A stretch of DNA of 61,997 nt, filler included, from Globobulimina sp. (GCA_003354225.1; 16 parts of 16 records of this genome joined end to end with filler, not necessarily neighbours in it), one strand, 5' to 3'. Shown: positions 1 to 11,089, numbered from the whole stretch's first letter. A program made the numbers and translations. Notes: a model not told the origin generated them from the sequence alone.

Positions 1-719
1 ACAATTTTACATGTTTATTGTGTCGATTATGGTGGAACAAAATGGGGAAATTAATTCGGAATATAATGAAAAAAATAAGTGGAATTCCATTGGGAATCGA
101 TTATATTAACAAAATGTACAAATACAAGTATGGAAAACAGGAACACAAAAACACTTTTTGGTAAAAATTCAAATTATCTGATGTCTCCCAAAAAATTTGT
201 ATTTGTTGGCGCTTTAAAATTGGATTTTAGACCCCACACAACCCACACCCACCCCCCACACACACACCCACCACCCAACACCCACCATATAATCTGGTGC
301 AAACATGGAGACAAGTAAAGTAAACTAGTGATAAAAGTTTCAGTTTGTGTTTTCCTACAAAAAAAAAGACAACTAAAGGACAAGACTTGAGTCTGACCGT
401 GTTTTTAAAATAGTAATTTTTGTGCTAATTAAACGCGATGATAATTAATCAATGATAATTAAAATTATATTATTCACAACCCTGAGCTTGCAATAACAAC
501 AAACACAAAGCCTGAAACAAAAAAATCAAGTTTGTGAATTCGAATTAAAACCAAAAGAAACAAAACATTTTTGCTAAAAAAGAAAAAAAAATGTCAACAC
601 ACGCAACATTTAAATCAAATCGCCCTCTTCTAAAGAGGTTGAAAGAAGAATTTTTGAAAACACACAAACAAAAAAAACACACAAAATAATTATAGAAATA
701 CTTAATAATTTGAGACTAT

Positions 720-2654
720 TCAAACATGCCATTTTGATTTATTATTAGAATGATTCTTTTTCGCCTCCAACACCTCACTTTGTGTCAAACCACCAGGCGT
801 CATATCACTTAAATCATTCTTCATATTTGCTTCATATTTATTAATATCTTCATTCTGTTCAATAATTATGCTCTCCGCCAATACATCTTCTTCATCATTG
901 GCATATTCATCCACTATCAACATATTATTGTCCTCCTTGCTCTCCTCCACCGTATCAATTATATCAAATTCAGGCACCACAGCTACAGCAACCGACACCT
1001 TTTTTGCTTTTCTTTTTCTTTTAGATTTTTTATCCTCACAGTCATTCAATAAAATCTTCTCCAATTCATCATCGCCGCCATCATCCAACTCCTTCTCTTG
1101 AATCACGGGATGATTCTTATGGTTCTCACTCTCGATCTCATCCTTACTCTGTTTGCCTTTCTCCTTTTCTTTATTCGCCTTCCTGAATGCAGTCGCTTTA
1201 TTGAATATATTCCCGGCAATATTGCCGATTTTCGATGTAATATTCATCACTTTTTCCAACGTATTGGACTGCGGCGAATACCTCAATCCCGTACAACAAT
1301 ACAATGCGAAATGTTCGCAGTTATTTTTATACACAGAATACTGCCCTTTCATGTAATGGATCTCAGTCAAAAACTGCGCCGTATACACAATCTCTTTGGT
1401 AGTGCGCCATGGAAATATAAAAAAGCCTAATTCCAAATCTTTCTTCCTCGACCCGGCGATGAACTCTTTCCATTCACAGATCCGCGCTCTCCGAGCATGC
1501 TCCATCTCGATCTCAGTCATATTCTCCTTCTGCTCAAACTCATTAATGTCCTGATACAATAATTCAATCTCTTTCTCGCCGCTCACAGCACTCGTTTCGA
1601 ACCCCACTGCCTTACATTCGTCCTCCTCATCCACCAAATCCATATCATCGTCATTGTCGTGCTCTACTTTGACAAACTCACCATCGGATTTATCCATTTC
1701 TCGTTTTTTATCTCGCATTTTCTTGCCGTAATCATAATATTGCTTCGTATTCGCCGCAGAATTGGAGCCAGAACCGGATTGAAATAAGCCCGAAATCCGC
1801 CAATTCATACCGGCGTCGCCCTGCACCCCATTGGAAATGTGGATGATTTTGGCATTGCCTAAGTAAATACCGCAATGATATACAAATTTCTTGGGCCTCC
1901 AGATCCGCACTAAATCGCCGGCTTGCAACATAATATCGGGATAATCATAGACCTCCGGCATCAATGGCAATAATTTAAAGTCGACCCAAGGAACACGGGA
2001 TAGGTTGCCAACCAAATGCGGATTGATGGGCTTTGGGATCGCTTTGTAATCGTCGCCAATGCTCGACAATATGTCGCGATAATGGATCAATTTGGGATTC
2101 TTTTTATTGCCGTCATTGCCTGGCTCGGTGTCGCCGTCGATTAAGTTTTTTAAATACGATAAATATTTGCCCGGCGACGGTGCATTGATCAATATGTTGC
2201 CAATCACTTCAGAGACTAAAACCGCGTCGGCCCAAAAGTAGATGGCGGTGTATTTTTGGTAATGGATTTTCTGGACTCGCAAGTCTTCGATGATAAAATG
2301 GACACCGTACCACAGGACCTGGTTAATGATAATTATCACGCGATGGACAGCGCTTCCTTTAATGACGCGACTGTAATGTATTTTGCCCGAGATTTTGTGT
2401 TTTTTGGTGAGTTGGTATATTTGATCCGAGCTTAATGGCGTTAATGCGTGGCGATAATAACAAGAGGAGGGAGTGGGACACCCCGACACTGTTTGGTATT
2501 GTGGACATAATGGGATACTGTTTGGGTTGGAATGGGAGAATTCACAGTTGTGTAAATACGGGCATCCTGACGATGAACCGTAGAATGGACAGAGTGCTTC
2601 TTGTTTGTTTTCGTTTTCGATGACGGCTTGTTGTGGTTCAGCTATTTGAGCCAT
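720..2654 (-). CDS. Tandem CCCH zinc-finger + LRAT/PLAAT (permuted NlpC/P60) domain protein
   Basis: 644-aa ORF. Two CCCH fingers (CPFYGSSSGCPYLHNCEFSH, CPQYQTVSGCPTPSSCYYRH). LRAT motifs GDLV..YHCGIYLG..IIH and YSVYKNNCEHFA..C.TG. Confidence 0.8.
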   Translation of the reverse strand: MAQIAEPQQAVIENENKQEALCPFYGSSSGCPYLHNCEFSHSNPNSIPLCPQYQTVSGCPTPSSCYYRHALTPLSSDQIYQLTKKHKISGKIHYSRVIKGSAVHRVIIIINQVLWYGVHFIIEDLRVQKIHYQKYTAIYFWADAVLVSEVIGNILINAPSPGKYLSYLKNLIDGDTEPGNDGNKKNPKLIHYRDILSSIGDDYKAIPKPINPHLVGNLSRVPWVDFKLLPLMPEVYDYPDIMLQAGDLVRIWRPKKFVYHCGIYLGNAKIIHISNGVQGDAGMNWRISGLFQSGSGSNSAANTKQYYDYGKKMRDKKREMDKSDGEFVKVEHDNDDDMDLVDEEDECKAVGFETSAVSGEKEIELLYQDINEFEQKENMTEIEMEHARRARICEWKEFIAGSRKKDLELGFFIFPWRTTKEIVYTAQFLTEIHYMKGQYSVYKNNCEHFALYCCTGLRYSPQSNTLEKVMNITSKIGNIAGNIFNKATAFRKANKEKEKGKQSKDEIESENHKNHPVIQEKELDDGGDDELEKILLNDCEDKKSKRKRKAKKVSVAVAVVPEFDIIDTVEESKEDNNMLIVDEYANDEEDVLAESIIIEQNEDINKYEANMKNDLSDMTPGGLTQSEVLEAKKNHSNNKSKWHV

Positions 2655-2752
2655 TGTTTGATTTATATAAATAATAAATTTTGCATTTCAGCGTGTTCCG
2701 CCTCATCGTTTCTCAATTTTTATTCTCTTTTAGCTCAAAATAAATTACGGTC

Positions 2753-3320
2753 CATTCGATTCGGTGCGATTCGATTCGATTCGATTCCAATCGGATTTGG
2801 TTTTAAACATTTTTTTAGAATTAATTCCACGATGTCGGCGGTTCCAGGCAAATTCTCGAGATATTTTGAGGCAATAAACAAAACGTATGGAATCATAAGC
2901 TGTTGTTGTACATATTATAATTACGTGCAAGGATACTATTATTAATGGTTCTGTTGTTGATTAAACAGATGCTTTTCTCGAGCACAACGAAGACATGCTT
3001 TCATTGGCTGAGAAGTAACTTTAAAAATGCGGATGTTGACTGTAAAATGAAAGCAACCAAATGTCGCTGTCGTGCAAGGCGAATAAGCCGGTCTGATGGC
3101 GAAAGGGATGCCGATCAACATTAACATTCGAAGGAATTTATAACGTTTCATCCGCCACCAATCGGAAGAGCCCCATTTGGAGGATTTCATGGATTTGCGA
3201 CCATTCGGTGCGATACATTTCAATCGGATTTGGTTTTAAACATTTCTGCGATTCGAGGAAAATTCTGAAGATATCTGGATACATTCGGCGCTATTTATAA
3301 TATTCACAGTGTAATGGTTG
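2753..3320. repeat. Diverged direct repeat (two copies about 450 bp apart)
   Basis: ATTCGGTGCGAT...CAATCGGATTTGGTTTTAAACATTT occurs near 2760-2813 and 3203-3245, with weaker similarity downstream. The first copy contains an (ATTCG)n expansion. Confidence 0.65.
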
Positions 3321-3505
3321 CCATACTGAATTGAACAGACGGACTATTTTTAGCAGCTATAGAATTAGTGCATTTAAATGGTTTGGATTATAAGCAAATG
3401 AATTAAACAAACCATTCGACCAATAAGCAAATAATATTAAACGAGCGGCCCAATCCGGGCACATGAATTCTTGTTTCTTTCTCCAATTAACTATAATTAA
3501 TTATA

Positions 3506-3726
3506 TTTCTGTATATTTTAAAAATTGAAAAATTAATGTCATTTACTTTGTTTTTATAGACATACACTGGAATAAATCAAACAAATAGATCTTCTTTCTT
3601 AATTCCGTACATTTATATTGAGTTCGCTGGTTGTACGAATTCCACTATCTGTATATTTTATAATTCAAAAAGTTAATAAAAATTTCGTTTTGTTTTTGAA
3701 ACACACGCTGAAATAAACCAAATAGC
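3506..3726. repeat. Diverged ~85-bp direct repeat (2 copies)
   Basis: TCTGTATATTTTA.AATT.AAAA..TTAAT...TTTGTTTTT...ACA.AC.CTG.AATAAA.CAAA near 3508 and 3648. Confidence 0.6.
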
Positions 3727-3785
3727 ATCAAATGTCCCGCAAAAAGTGCCTTTTAAAAACTATATCCACAACATAGGCAGCGCTT

Positions 3786-3885
3786 NNNNNNNNNNNNNNN
3801 NNNNNNNNNNNNNNNNNNNNNNNNNNNNNTTAATTAATTAANNNNNNNNNNNNNNNNNNNNNNNNNNNNNNNNNNNNNNNNNNNN
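3786..3885. other. Artificial contig linker (N-run, TTAATTAATTAA, N-run); first of 15
   Basis: Identical 100-nt spacers with stops in all six frames recur about every 3.88 kb. Contig lengths fall slowly from 3785 to 3777, consistent with length-sorted concatenation. Confidence 0.99.
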
Positions 3886-3920
3886 TTACCCCGCTGTGAC
3901 AACAAAAAAATATTTTAACC

Positions 3921-5731
3921 ATGTCAGCAGTGTTTTTTATTTCCGCATTGTTGACAGCAATATCAGGCAAAGAAAAGCCAAATATAATTTTCATCCTAAG
4001 TGATGATCTCGGTTATGACGACCTATATTTTCAATCGCAGCAAATCAATACACCAAACATTGATTACTTTGTGAACAATGGACAATTCCTTTCATGGCAT
4101 TATGCCCAGGTTTTTATATATTTATTAATATTTTACATTGCATACATCTCTCATCAAACAAATAAAGTCTGTTTGCAGTCCAAGCAGAGCCGCATTGATG
4201 ACAGGTAGATATCCGCTGCACACTGGAATTAATGATTGGATTCAACCGCAGCAAACGTTTGGAGTTCCCTTAAATAATACTATGTTTCCAAAAATATTGT
4301 TACAAAACGGATATGGTATGTTGCATCTATTTAATTTAATTATATACATATTTAACATTGTCAACAAAAAGATACACATATGGTCGGCAAATGGTATGTT
4401 AAATATTACGCACAACATCTCCAAATATATACATTTAAACCGGCAAAATGAAGGCATTTAGGAATGTATAAATGGCCATATACACCAACATATCGTGGAT
4501 ATAAATCATTTTATGGTTATTATACCGGTGGTGAAGTTAATTTTATTTGTCTAAATTGTTAAAATACCCATTATTCAAAGTTCAAACAAACAAAAAGGAT
4601 TATTATTCACATATGAATAATAATTATTATGATTTTCGAAATGACATTGGTTTGAATTGTGGTGTCAATTGTTCTCAAGTGGAGGTATCAGCATATAAAC
4701 AATATTCAACTCCATTGTTTTCGCAGCGCGCAGTGGATATAATCACGAATCATTCAAACAATACGGAGACAAAAGACACTCCGTTATTCTTATATTTATC
4801 ATACCAATCCGTTCATTCCTCAAACAATGGAAGTGCTCCCGGCGAATGTCCTGAGCAATGGGTCGAGCCATACAACAATAAGATAAACAACACAAAAAGG
4901 AAAATATTTGCTGGCATGGTCTCATGTATGGATGACGGCATTGGGGATGTTACCAAAGCATTGGATAAATATGGCTTTTTAGGTGACACTGGCAATACGA
5001 TAATAATAATGTGCTCAGATAACGGTGGTCCGACTACAACCGGCGATGGTATAGGAAGCAGTAACTATCCATTGAGAGGCGGAAAGCATTCAATTTGGGA
5101 AGGCGGCACCAGAGTAACTGCGTGGATCTGGGCAACGCCTGATATCATTCCGCAGAATCTACAAACCATTGGAAAGAATTATAGTCAGTTAATGCATTTA
5201 GTGGATTGGTTGCCAACTTTGCTCGAAGCTGCAGACATTTCATATACTTTTGCTCCTGGTTTAGAAATTGATGGTGTCTCACATTGGAAAGGATTGATAA
5301 ATGGCAATGATTATAATGATAAATATTTTCAATTCCGAGACAATGTGTATTATGGTGATAATGATATTGGTACTCCAAAGAATGTTGCATTTAGGAAGGA
5401 ATGGTATAAAATATTTAACCAAACTGGCGGGGATCCATCAACTTGGTCGCCAATGAATGATGGATCGGAGGTGGAGGTAGATGATGTAAATGAGATATGG
5501 ACTGATCCGCAGTTTGAGGCTGTGCCCATTCCATTATATAATTTATCCAATGATTATGCTGAACGGCATGATATAAGTGCAACATATCAAGACTTAGTAT
5601 CACAATTAATTGAGGAAATGCACGCCTTGCAAGCTACGGGTGTTCCACAAGCAACGAATGATAAAAACTGTCCTCCATTGACACATCCAACATATCCCAT
5701 TGTTGGCGAAGTGTGGCAGCCGTGGTGTTAA
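3921..5731 (+). CDS. Secreted arylsulfatase (ARSB-like), 4 introns
   Basis: Signal peptide, KPNIIFILSDDLG. After intron 4110-4167 comes the formylglycine motif CSPSRAALMTGRYP. Spliced THMVGKWHLG, SDNGG, NYPLRGGK..WEGG, DWLPTL. Confidence 0.92.
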
Positions 5732-5776
5732 ACTGTTATAATATATGACTGCTCACACAAGTGTGTTAACAAATGA

Positions 5777-7366
5777 TCAACCCGATGCATCAACAGAGTC
5801 AGTTGCTACTTCACTTAAAACATCCAAATAGTCTTTTTCTAAGAAACCTAAATCTTCCCTTGCTTCCGCAAATTCACCTTCAGCCATTCCTTCACCAACA
5901 TACCAATGAACAAAAGCTCTTTGTGAATACATTAAATCATAAACCTTTGAAATCCTCTCACTAAAAAACCGGGACATCAATGTATTATTTCCGATAGCTA
6001 CAGCACTGCTTTCCGATGCTCCCATACAGTCATTATCCAATATGGCAGCTTTGTTCTCATTTAATCCAACTTTAAATCCAGTTGGACACCATTCTATTTA
6101 TATATATATATTATATAATTTATATTCCATCTAAACACAATAATAAACATACCAACAAACGTTACTTTTTTATCATATTTCAATTGTTGCACTGCAATAT
6201 TTGCTTCCTTTGCTTTAACATTCCCTCGGAAATTCATTGAAATTGACATATATTTATCTTGTTCAGCATCAAAATCCAAGCATTCCACCATAAAATTATC
6301 CGCATCGACAGCTTGTTTTGCAATATCATAAACTGTAAACTTTGGACATCCGACATCATAAACTGAGTAAATCACATTCATCAAATCTTTATATAATAAA
6401 CCATTGTAAAGATATTCATTTATTCTTTCAATAAAGCTGTTTCTCACAAAACCATCCACCAATAATTTTTTATTTTTCATACATGTTTGTTTATTTATAA
6501 TTGGAGCGAATGAAGTTGTCATAAAATGCAATCTTGGGAAATCACACCGAATTTCATTTAAATCGACATTGAGTTCGCTTGCAAATCTTAACGACGCAGT
6601 ACATGATGAAACTACTTTGCATATAATGTTATTCAAATCATTATAATTTGGAGTTGGAATATACAATTTGCGATTGCATATATCATATAGTTTTCTGTTA
6701 TCAAACACAAATGACAGTTCCGTATAATGCAGAAACCAATGCGTTGCCAACAATGCATTATATGCTTCAACCTGGCAACACGAGTATCGATTGTTAAATG
6801 GATAAATATGAAACCCTAATTTTGATTTTTTTCGATAGTCCACGGCAATTCTTTCCAATATTAAAGCTCCTAAACCTGAACCTGTGCCACCTCCGACTCC
6901 ATTGTTGAGTATAAAACCTTGCACATTCTCACAGTCATCAACCAATTTACGTAATCTATCATTGACTTTGTCGATTACTTCTTTACCGACAGTGTAATGG
7001 CCGCGAGCAAAGTTGTTTGCTGCATCCTCTTTTCCTGAGACCAAAAATTCTGTATCAAATATTTTCGAATATTTACTCTTCTGAACATTATCAATGATAT
7101 TTGGTTCTAAATCGGCCATTAAATTACGTGGCATAAATTTGCCAGATTCAGTTTCTTGATAAAAACATAAAATTGATCGATTGGTGTCATAGTCTGCTAT
7201 ATTTCCTTGAGGGTCAATGTCATGTTCAACGCAATATTGTTTCCTAAACGTAATATTAAAAATTTATTTGGTAAGTAAATAATTTGAATTTATTAAAATA
7301 CCATATAGTTTGTGCTAATTGTATTCCAGCTTCGCCAACGCTGATTGTTAGTACTTCGCGTACCAT
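5777..7366 (-). CDS. Divergent alpha-tubulin (Retaria alpha2-like), introns 7244-7301 and 6094-6152
   Basis: MVREVLTISVGEAGIQ start, GKEDAANNFARGHYTVGKE, GGGTGSG, FVEWCPTGFKVG, MYSQRAFVHWYVGEGM, EAREDL. Confidence 0.93.
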
Positions 7367-7497
7367 AGTTGGTTACATTAAAACCACAAAATCATAATTA
7401 TTATAGCAGTCCAAGAGCCAAAAGCGTGCTAAAACTTCCTTTAAGCGTCAACTGCCGTCAAGCAAAAAATATATACTTTAGAACATGAATATACTAA

Positions 7498-7640
7498 GAG
7501 CATCCGGTTTACAGCGTCAGATTTTTATTGTTTCTGAGAAACGAAGGCAAACCTATATTGTTTTTACCTTTATCAGTCACCAGAAACGGTTTGCTTATAC
7601 CTCGCCTCAATAAAAATCTGACGCTGAAGACCGGATGCTA
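7498..7640. mobile_element. MITE, ~143 bp, 32-bp TIRs (PIF/Harbinger Tourist-like end)
   Basis: AGCATCCGGTTTACAGCGTCAGATTTTTATTG (7499-7530) matches the reverse complement of 7608-7639 with 2 mismatches. The left flank reads TAA|GAGCATC; the right TSD is imperfect. Confidence 0.75.
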
Positions 7641-7831
7641 TTTTCATAATCATTGTCGTTCATGTTTTANNNNNNNNNNNNNNNNNNNNNNNNNNNNNNN
7701 NNNNNNNNNNNNNTTAATTAATTAANNNNNNNNNNNNNNNNNNNNNNNNNNNNNNNNNNNNNNNNNNNNTCTGTTAAAACATGTGTTTTTTGATACAAGT
7801 TTTTATATGTTTTACTCTCTTATCCGTCACC

Positions 7832-9493
7832 ATGTCGGATGTTGAGAAAATGCAAGTTGATTCCGAGACAAACGAAGCATCCAAAAATGAATCAAAGTCC
7901 AACAGCGACACTGATAAAAATAAAAAGAACCCAAACACAAAACCAACAAATAAAAAAGCACGCAAACGAAAAATAGATGCGATAAAAGACGTTGCAACGG
8001 AGGCTCCGCCAAAAAAGAAAAGAAAGAAATCTCGGGGCTGGTCAGACGCCGAAGAGGAGTTATTTCGTACCGGCTTAGAGCTATATGGTCGCGATTGGCA
8101 TAAAATCGCCTCGCATGTAGGCAATGACCGTAACGCCGCCTCCATCCGCAGTCACGCCCAAGTCTTCTTCCTCAAAGTGCTCCAAAGCAACGGCAAGGTA
8201 CAATTACGGCCGAAAGTGCTGCAATCCGGTAACGGCTTCACATTATCCGGCAAGCCCTTAAATAAATATTCATGCGTCGCCATCCGCCATTTTGGTTCGG
8301 CTCAAAACGTGCCCAACGTTGACGGTGTTATTTCCGACGAAGAAAATGCTATAAAATCCAGAACAAAAAAACCCAAATCAAACCCCCAAAACAAAAAAAA
8401 AGCCGTCAAAAAGAAAAAGAAAAGGAAAAAATATTACGACTCCGACTCTGACGAAGAATATCAAGCCATGGCCAGCACCGCCACCACCAACACCACACAG
8501 CGGCGTTCGGGGCGCAATCGAAAGAAAATACAGATGACCGAAGCTGCGCATATTAGCAATCCATTTGGTTTGCGAACAGACATTCAAACGTACGACACAC
8601 TGCAGACTCAGACAGCAAATAAGAAAAAGCACGACTTACACATCTATGAACCATTTAAAATCGAATACTGTCCGCATGCCTTATTAATAGCGGACATCCA
8701 TAGTCATTTATTGCGCACCGTGGAGATTATGGGCTTATTAGGCGGCCAATATGACGAAGCATCGCAGACTTTGTACATTAAGAAATGTTATCCGTTGGCA
8801 GAGGAACAGCAGAATGAAGAGACTGTGTCCGCCCATTCGACGGAGATGCTGGCGGTGTCTGAGCGGATACAGAAAGACGACGGATTGCAATTAGTCGGTT
8901 GGTATCACAGCCATCCATGTTTTGAGAATGTGCCCTCGAATCTAGACTGTCATCAACATGCTATGAATAAGCACCAGAACGAAGAGAAGCAGCCCTATGT
9001 CGGGCTCATTGTGCAGTCATTGTGGCAGACTTATAACCAATGTTCGCATCAACGATGGTTTAACACTTTGCCGTTGAATTCGGGGATAAAGGACTATGAA
9101 TATATGGCTTTGCAGTTTGTGACGCGGAGAAAAGTGTTTTATGAGATGGGCGATGCGGATTTATTTGCGCAGATTAAGGCGTTGATTGAGAGGTACAATG
9201 ATGCGAAATATGATATTTATCGGACGAATTTGGGGGAGAATGGCATTGGGCACAAGATATTAAATAATATTGCCTATCATTTGAAGGATGAGAATATGGA
9301 TGAAGATGATGATCAAATTCAAATATTTGTCAAGAAAGTGGAGAGATTGTTTATGGAGAAATGTAATATTTGGTGGGTTACAAATAAACCAAAAATGGAG
9401 AATGGCGGTGATGTTGCTGTTGCTGTTTCTGTTGCTGATGAGAATGCAAACAGTAATAGCAATGATAAAGAAAATGAAAATTGTTTAAATTGA
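7832..9493 (+). CDS. MYSM1-like Myb/SANT + MPN/JAMM deubiquitinase
   Basis: WSDAEEELF..GLELYGRDW..IASHV..R...IRSHAQ (Myb). EIMGLLGG, VGWYHSHP....PS..D (JAMM). No recognisable SWIRM domain. Confidence 0.85.
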   Translation: MSDVEKMQVDSETNEASKNESKSNSDTDKNKKNPNTKPTNKKARKRKIDAIKDVATEAPPKKKRKKSRGWSDAEEELFRTGLELYGRDWHKIASHVGNDRNAASIRSHAQVFFLKVLQSNGKVQLRPKVLQSGNGFTLSGKPLNKYSCVAIRHFGSAQNVPNVDGVISDEENAIKSRTKKPKSNPQNKKKAVKKKKKRKKYYDSDSDEEYQAMASTATTNTTQRRSGRNRKKIQMTEAAHISNPFGLRTDIQTYDTLQTQTANKKKHDLHIYEPFKIEYCPHALLIADIHSHLLRTVEIMGLLGGQYDEASQTLYIKKCYPLAEEQQNEETVSAHSTEMLAVSERIQKDDGLQLVGWYHSHPCFENVPSNLDCHQHAMNKHQNEEKQPYVGLIVQSLWQTYNQCSHQRWFNTLPLNSGIKDYEYMALQFVTRRKVFYEMGDADLFAQIKALIERYNDAKYDIYRTNLGENGIGHKILNNIAYHLKDENMDEDDDQIQIFVKKVERLFMEKCNIWWVTNKPKMENGGDVAVAVSVADENANSNSNDKENENCLN

Positions 9494-9682
9494 CAGATTT
9501 TTCATGACTTTTGTTGAATTTTTATAATATTATATTTAATTTGGTTCATTTTGGTTGGTTTAGTGGTTCTGAAAACGTTTAGTTGCATTTTTTTTAATAA
9601 TTATTCATTATTGTGTGCCTAATACAGCGCTTCTTAGTGTTTTGAAGAATATACAGTAGCTTTGCAAGACTAACTAGATTTA

Positions 9683-10699
9683 ATGGGCAACAAGTTCAAC
9701 AAAAATAAGGTAACAAGCAATTATTTCCCAAAAAATGGATATCCTGTCTTGCAATATCGACTTGAACCAATTGCAAGAATTTTACTAATTGGAGTGTATG
9801 ATGACAACAATGCCTTATCAATATTCCGAGGAATGAGATATATCATAAAAGCGATTTGGCAGTTAACAAAACAATTCAATCTCCATTATTACAGTCCATA
9901 TATTCAAATCAAGCACGATCCATCAGATTCCAGCTTTGCCTATAATACATCCATCGCTTTTGACGCGTTGGACCAATGGAATGTAGGCAGTCCATGTTTC
10001 GGTTCTGATGCACTGAAAAATTTGACATTCCCTCCACATCAAAAAAAAGAAGTAAATATCAATATGATGCCAATCAGGATGGCTATGTCTGCCATACACA
10101 ACCAATTACCACAGGAATTGAAGGGGTATACCCGATGGATTCAGGCCTGTTTAGCAGCGGACCCCTCACAGGAAGGTAAAATATGCTTTGTGACCATTCA
10201 TGAATCGTTTGTGCATAAAGGAAAAACCCAAAGACGACCTGGGTTACATTGTGAATTGCCAGGCGTTGGAATTGGAGGTGATGCGGAATGGCGTCGAAAA
10301 GGATGGGGTGGCGGCTATGATAGAAAAGATGGATTATATATGGCCTCCAATGTTAGCGATAGTTGCGCTGTGTGGAATTGTACCATTATTGATAGAGAGG
10401 ATGGTGATGGTGAGGTGACGGTGATGGATAGTTTGGGAGGATTGGACCATTTGAGAGGTGCGATGCCGAGCTATCAAAGGCATTCGTTAGATGGAGGTAA
10501 GTTATATTGGATTACGGACAGAACACCGCACGAAGCATTACCTATGAAACGAGATGGATGGAGACAGTTTTTTAGATTGGTCTCCAGCTCATTGGGGGTG
10601 TGGTATGAAACACACTCTACAAAGAATCCAAATGGAACTGTGCCGGATCCAAACATAACTGAGATTGTAAAAGGAAATAAGTTCAAAACGAAAAAATGA
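9683..10699 (+). CDS. Uncharacterised protein, putative 2OG-Fe(II) dioxygenase-like fold
   Basis: 338-aa intronless ORF with RRPGLHCE ... TPHEALP ... RQFFRL, fitting an HxD/E...H...R pattern. Confidence 0.55.
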   Translation: MGNKFNKNKVTSNYFPKNGYPVLQYRLEPIARILLIGVYDDNNALSIFRGMRYIIKAIWQLTKQFNLHYYSPYIQIKHDPSDSSFAYNTSIAFDALDQWNVGSPCFGSDALKNLTFPPHQKKEVNINMMPIRMAMSAIHNQLPQELKGYTRWIQACLAADPSQEGKICFVTIHESFVHKGKTQRRPGLHCELPGVGIGGDAEWRRKGWGGGYDRKDGLYMASNVSDSCAVWNCTIIDREDGDGEVTVMDSLGGLDHLRGAMPSYQRHSLDGGKLYWITDRTPHEALPMKRDGWRQFFRLVSSSLGVWYETHSTKNPNGTVPDPNITEIVKGNKFKTKK

Positions 10700-10868
10700 G
10701 CAAATTTTTATCTGTGTATTTTTACGTATAGCTACAACGACACTTGTTTTTACATACAACTGCGAAAATTTGTGTAATAATCAGTGATATTAATTGGTCG
10801 TTATTTGATTATGTTTTTCTTTTCTTTTTTTAAACTGAGGATATTTTCATGCTTGATCGATCCAAACG

Positions 10869-10966
10869 CAGTCAAAACTATTGAGCTAATTTTCACTGTG
10901 GCGATCGGACTTCAACTTTTGGAGTTAATCGCTCACCACAATAAATTAGCTCAGTACTTGTGTCTG
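10869..10966. mobile_element. ~100-bp imperfect foldback (old MITE or structured RNA)
   Basis: CAG.CA.AA.TA.TGAGCTAATTT..GCGAT..ACT.CAA pairs with TTGGAGT..ATCGC..AAATTAGCTCAGTACTTGTGTCTG, followed by TA. Confidence 0.55.
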
Positions 10967-11089
10967 TAGTGGGTTGTGTTGATTGGGATTTATACCATAG
11001 AGTATACCATCGAGTATCCAATTAAAAAAGATATAACATCGAAATTCCAAAAAGTGGAAGAATCAATGCTTTGCCTTATACTGTGCTTG

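Noticed and set aside
231-287. C/A-rich tract resembling a telomere
   Set aside because: No regular repeat unit and it is internal to the contig; a similar low-complexity tract occurs at ~21300-21360.
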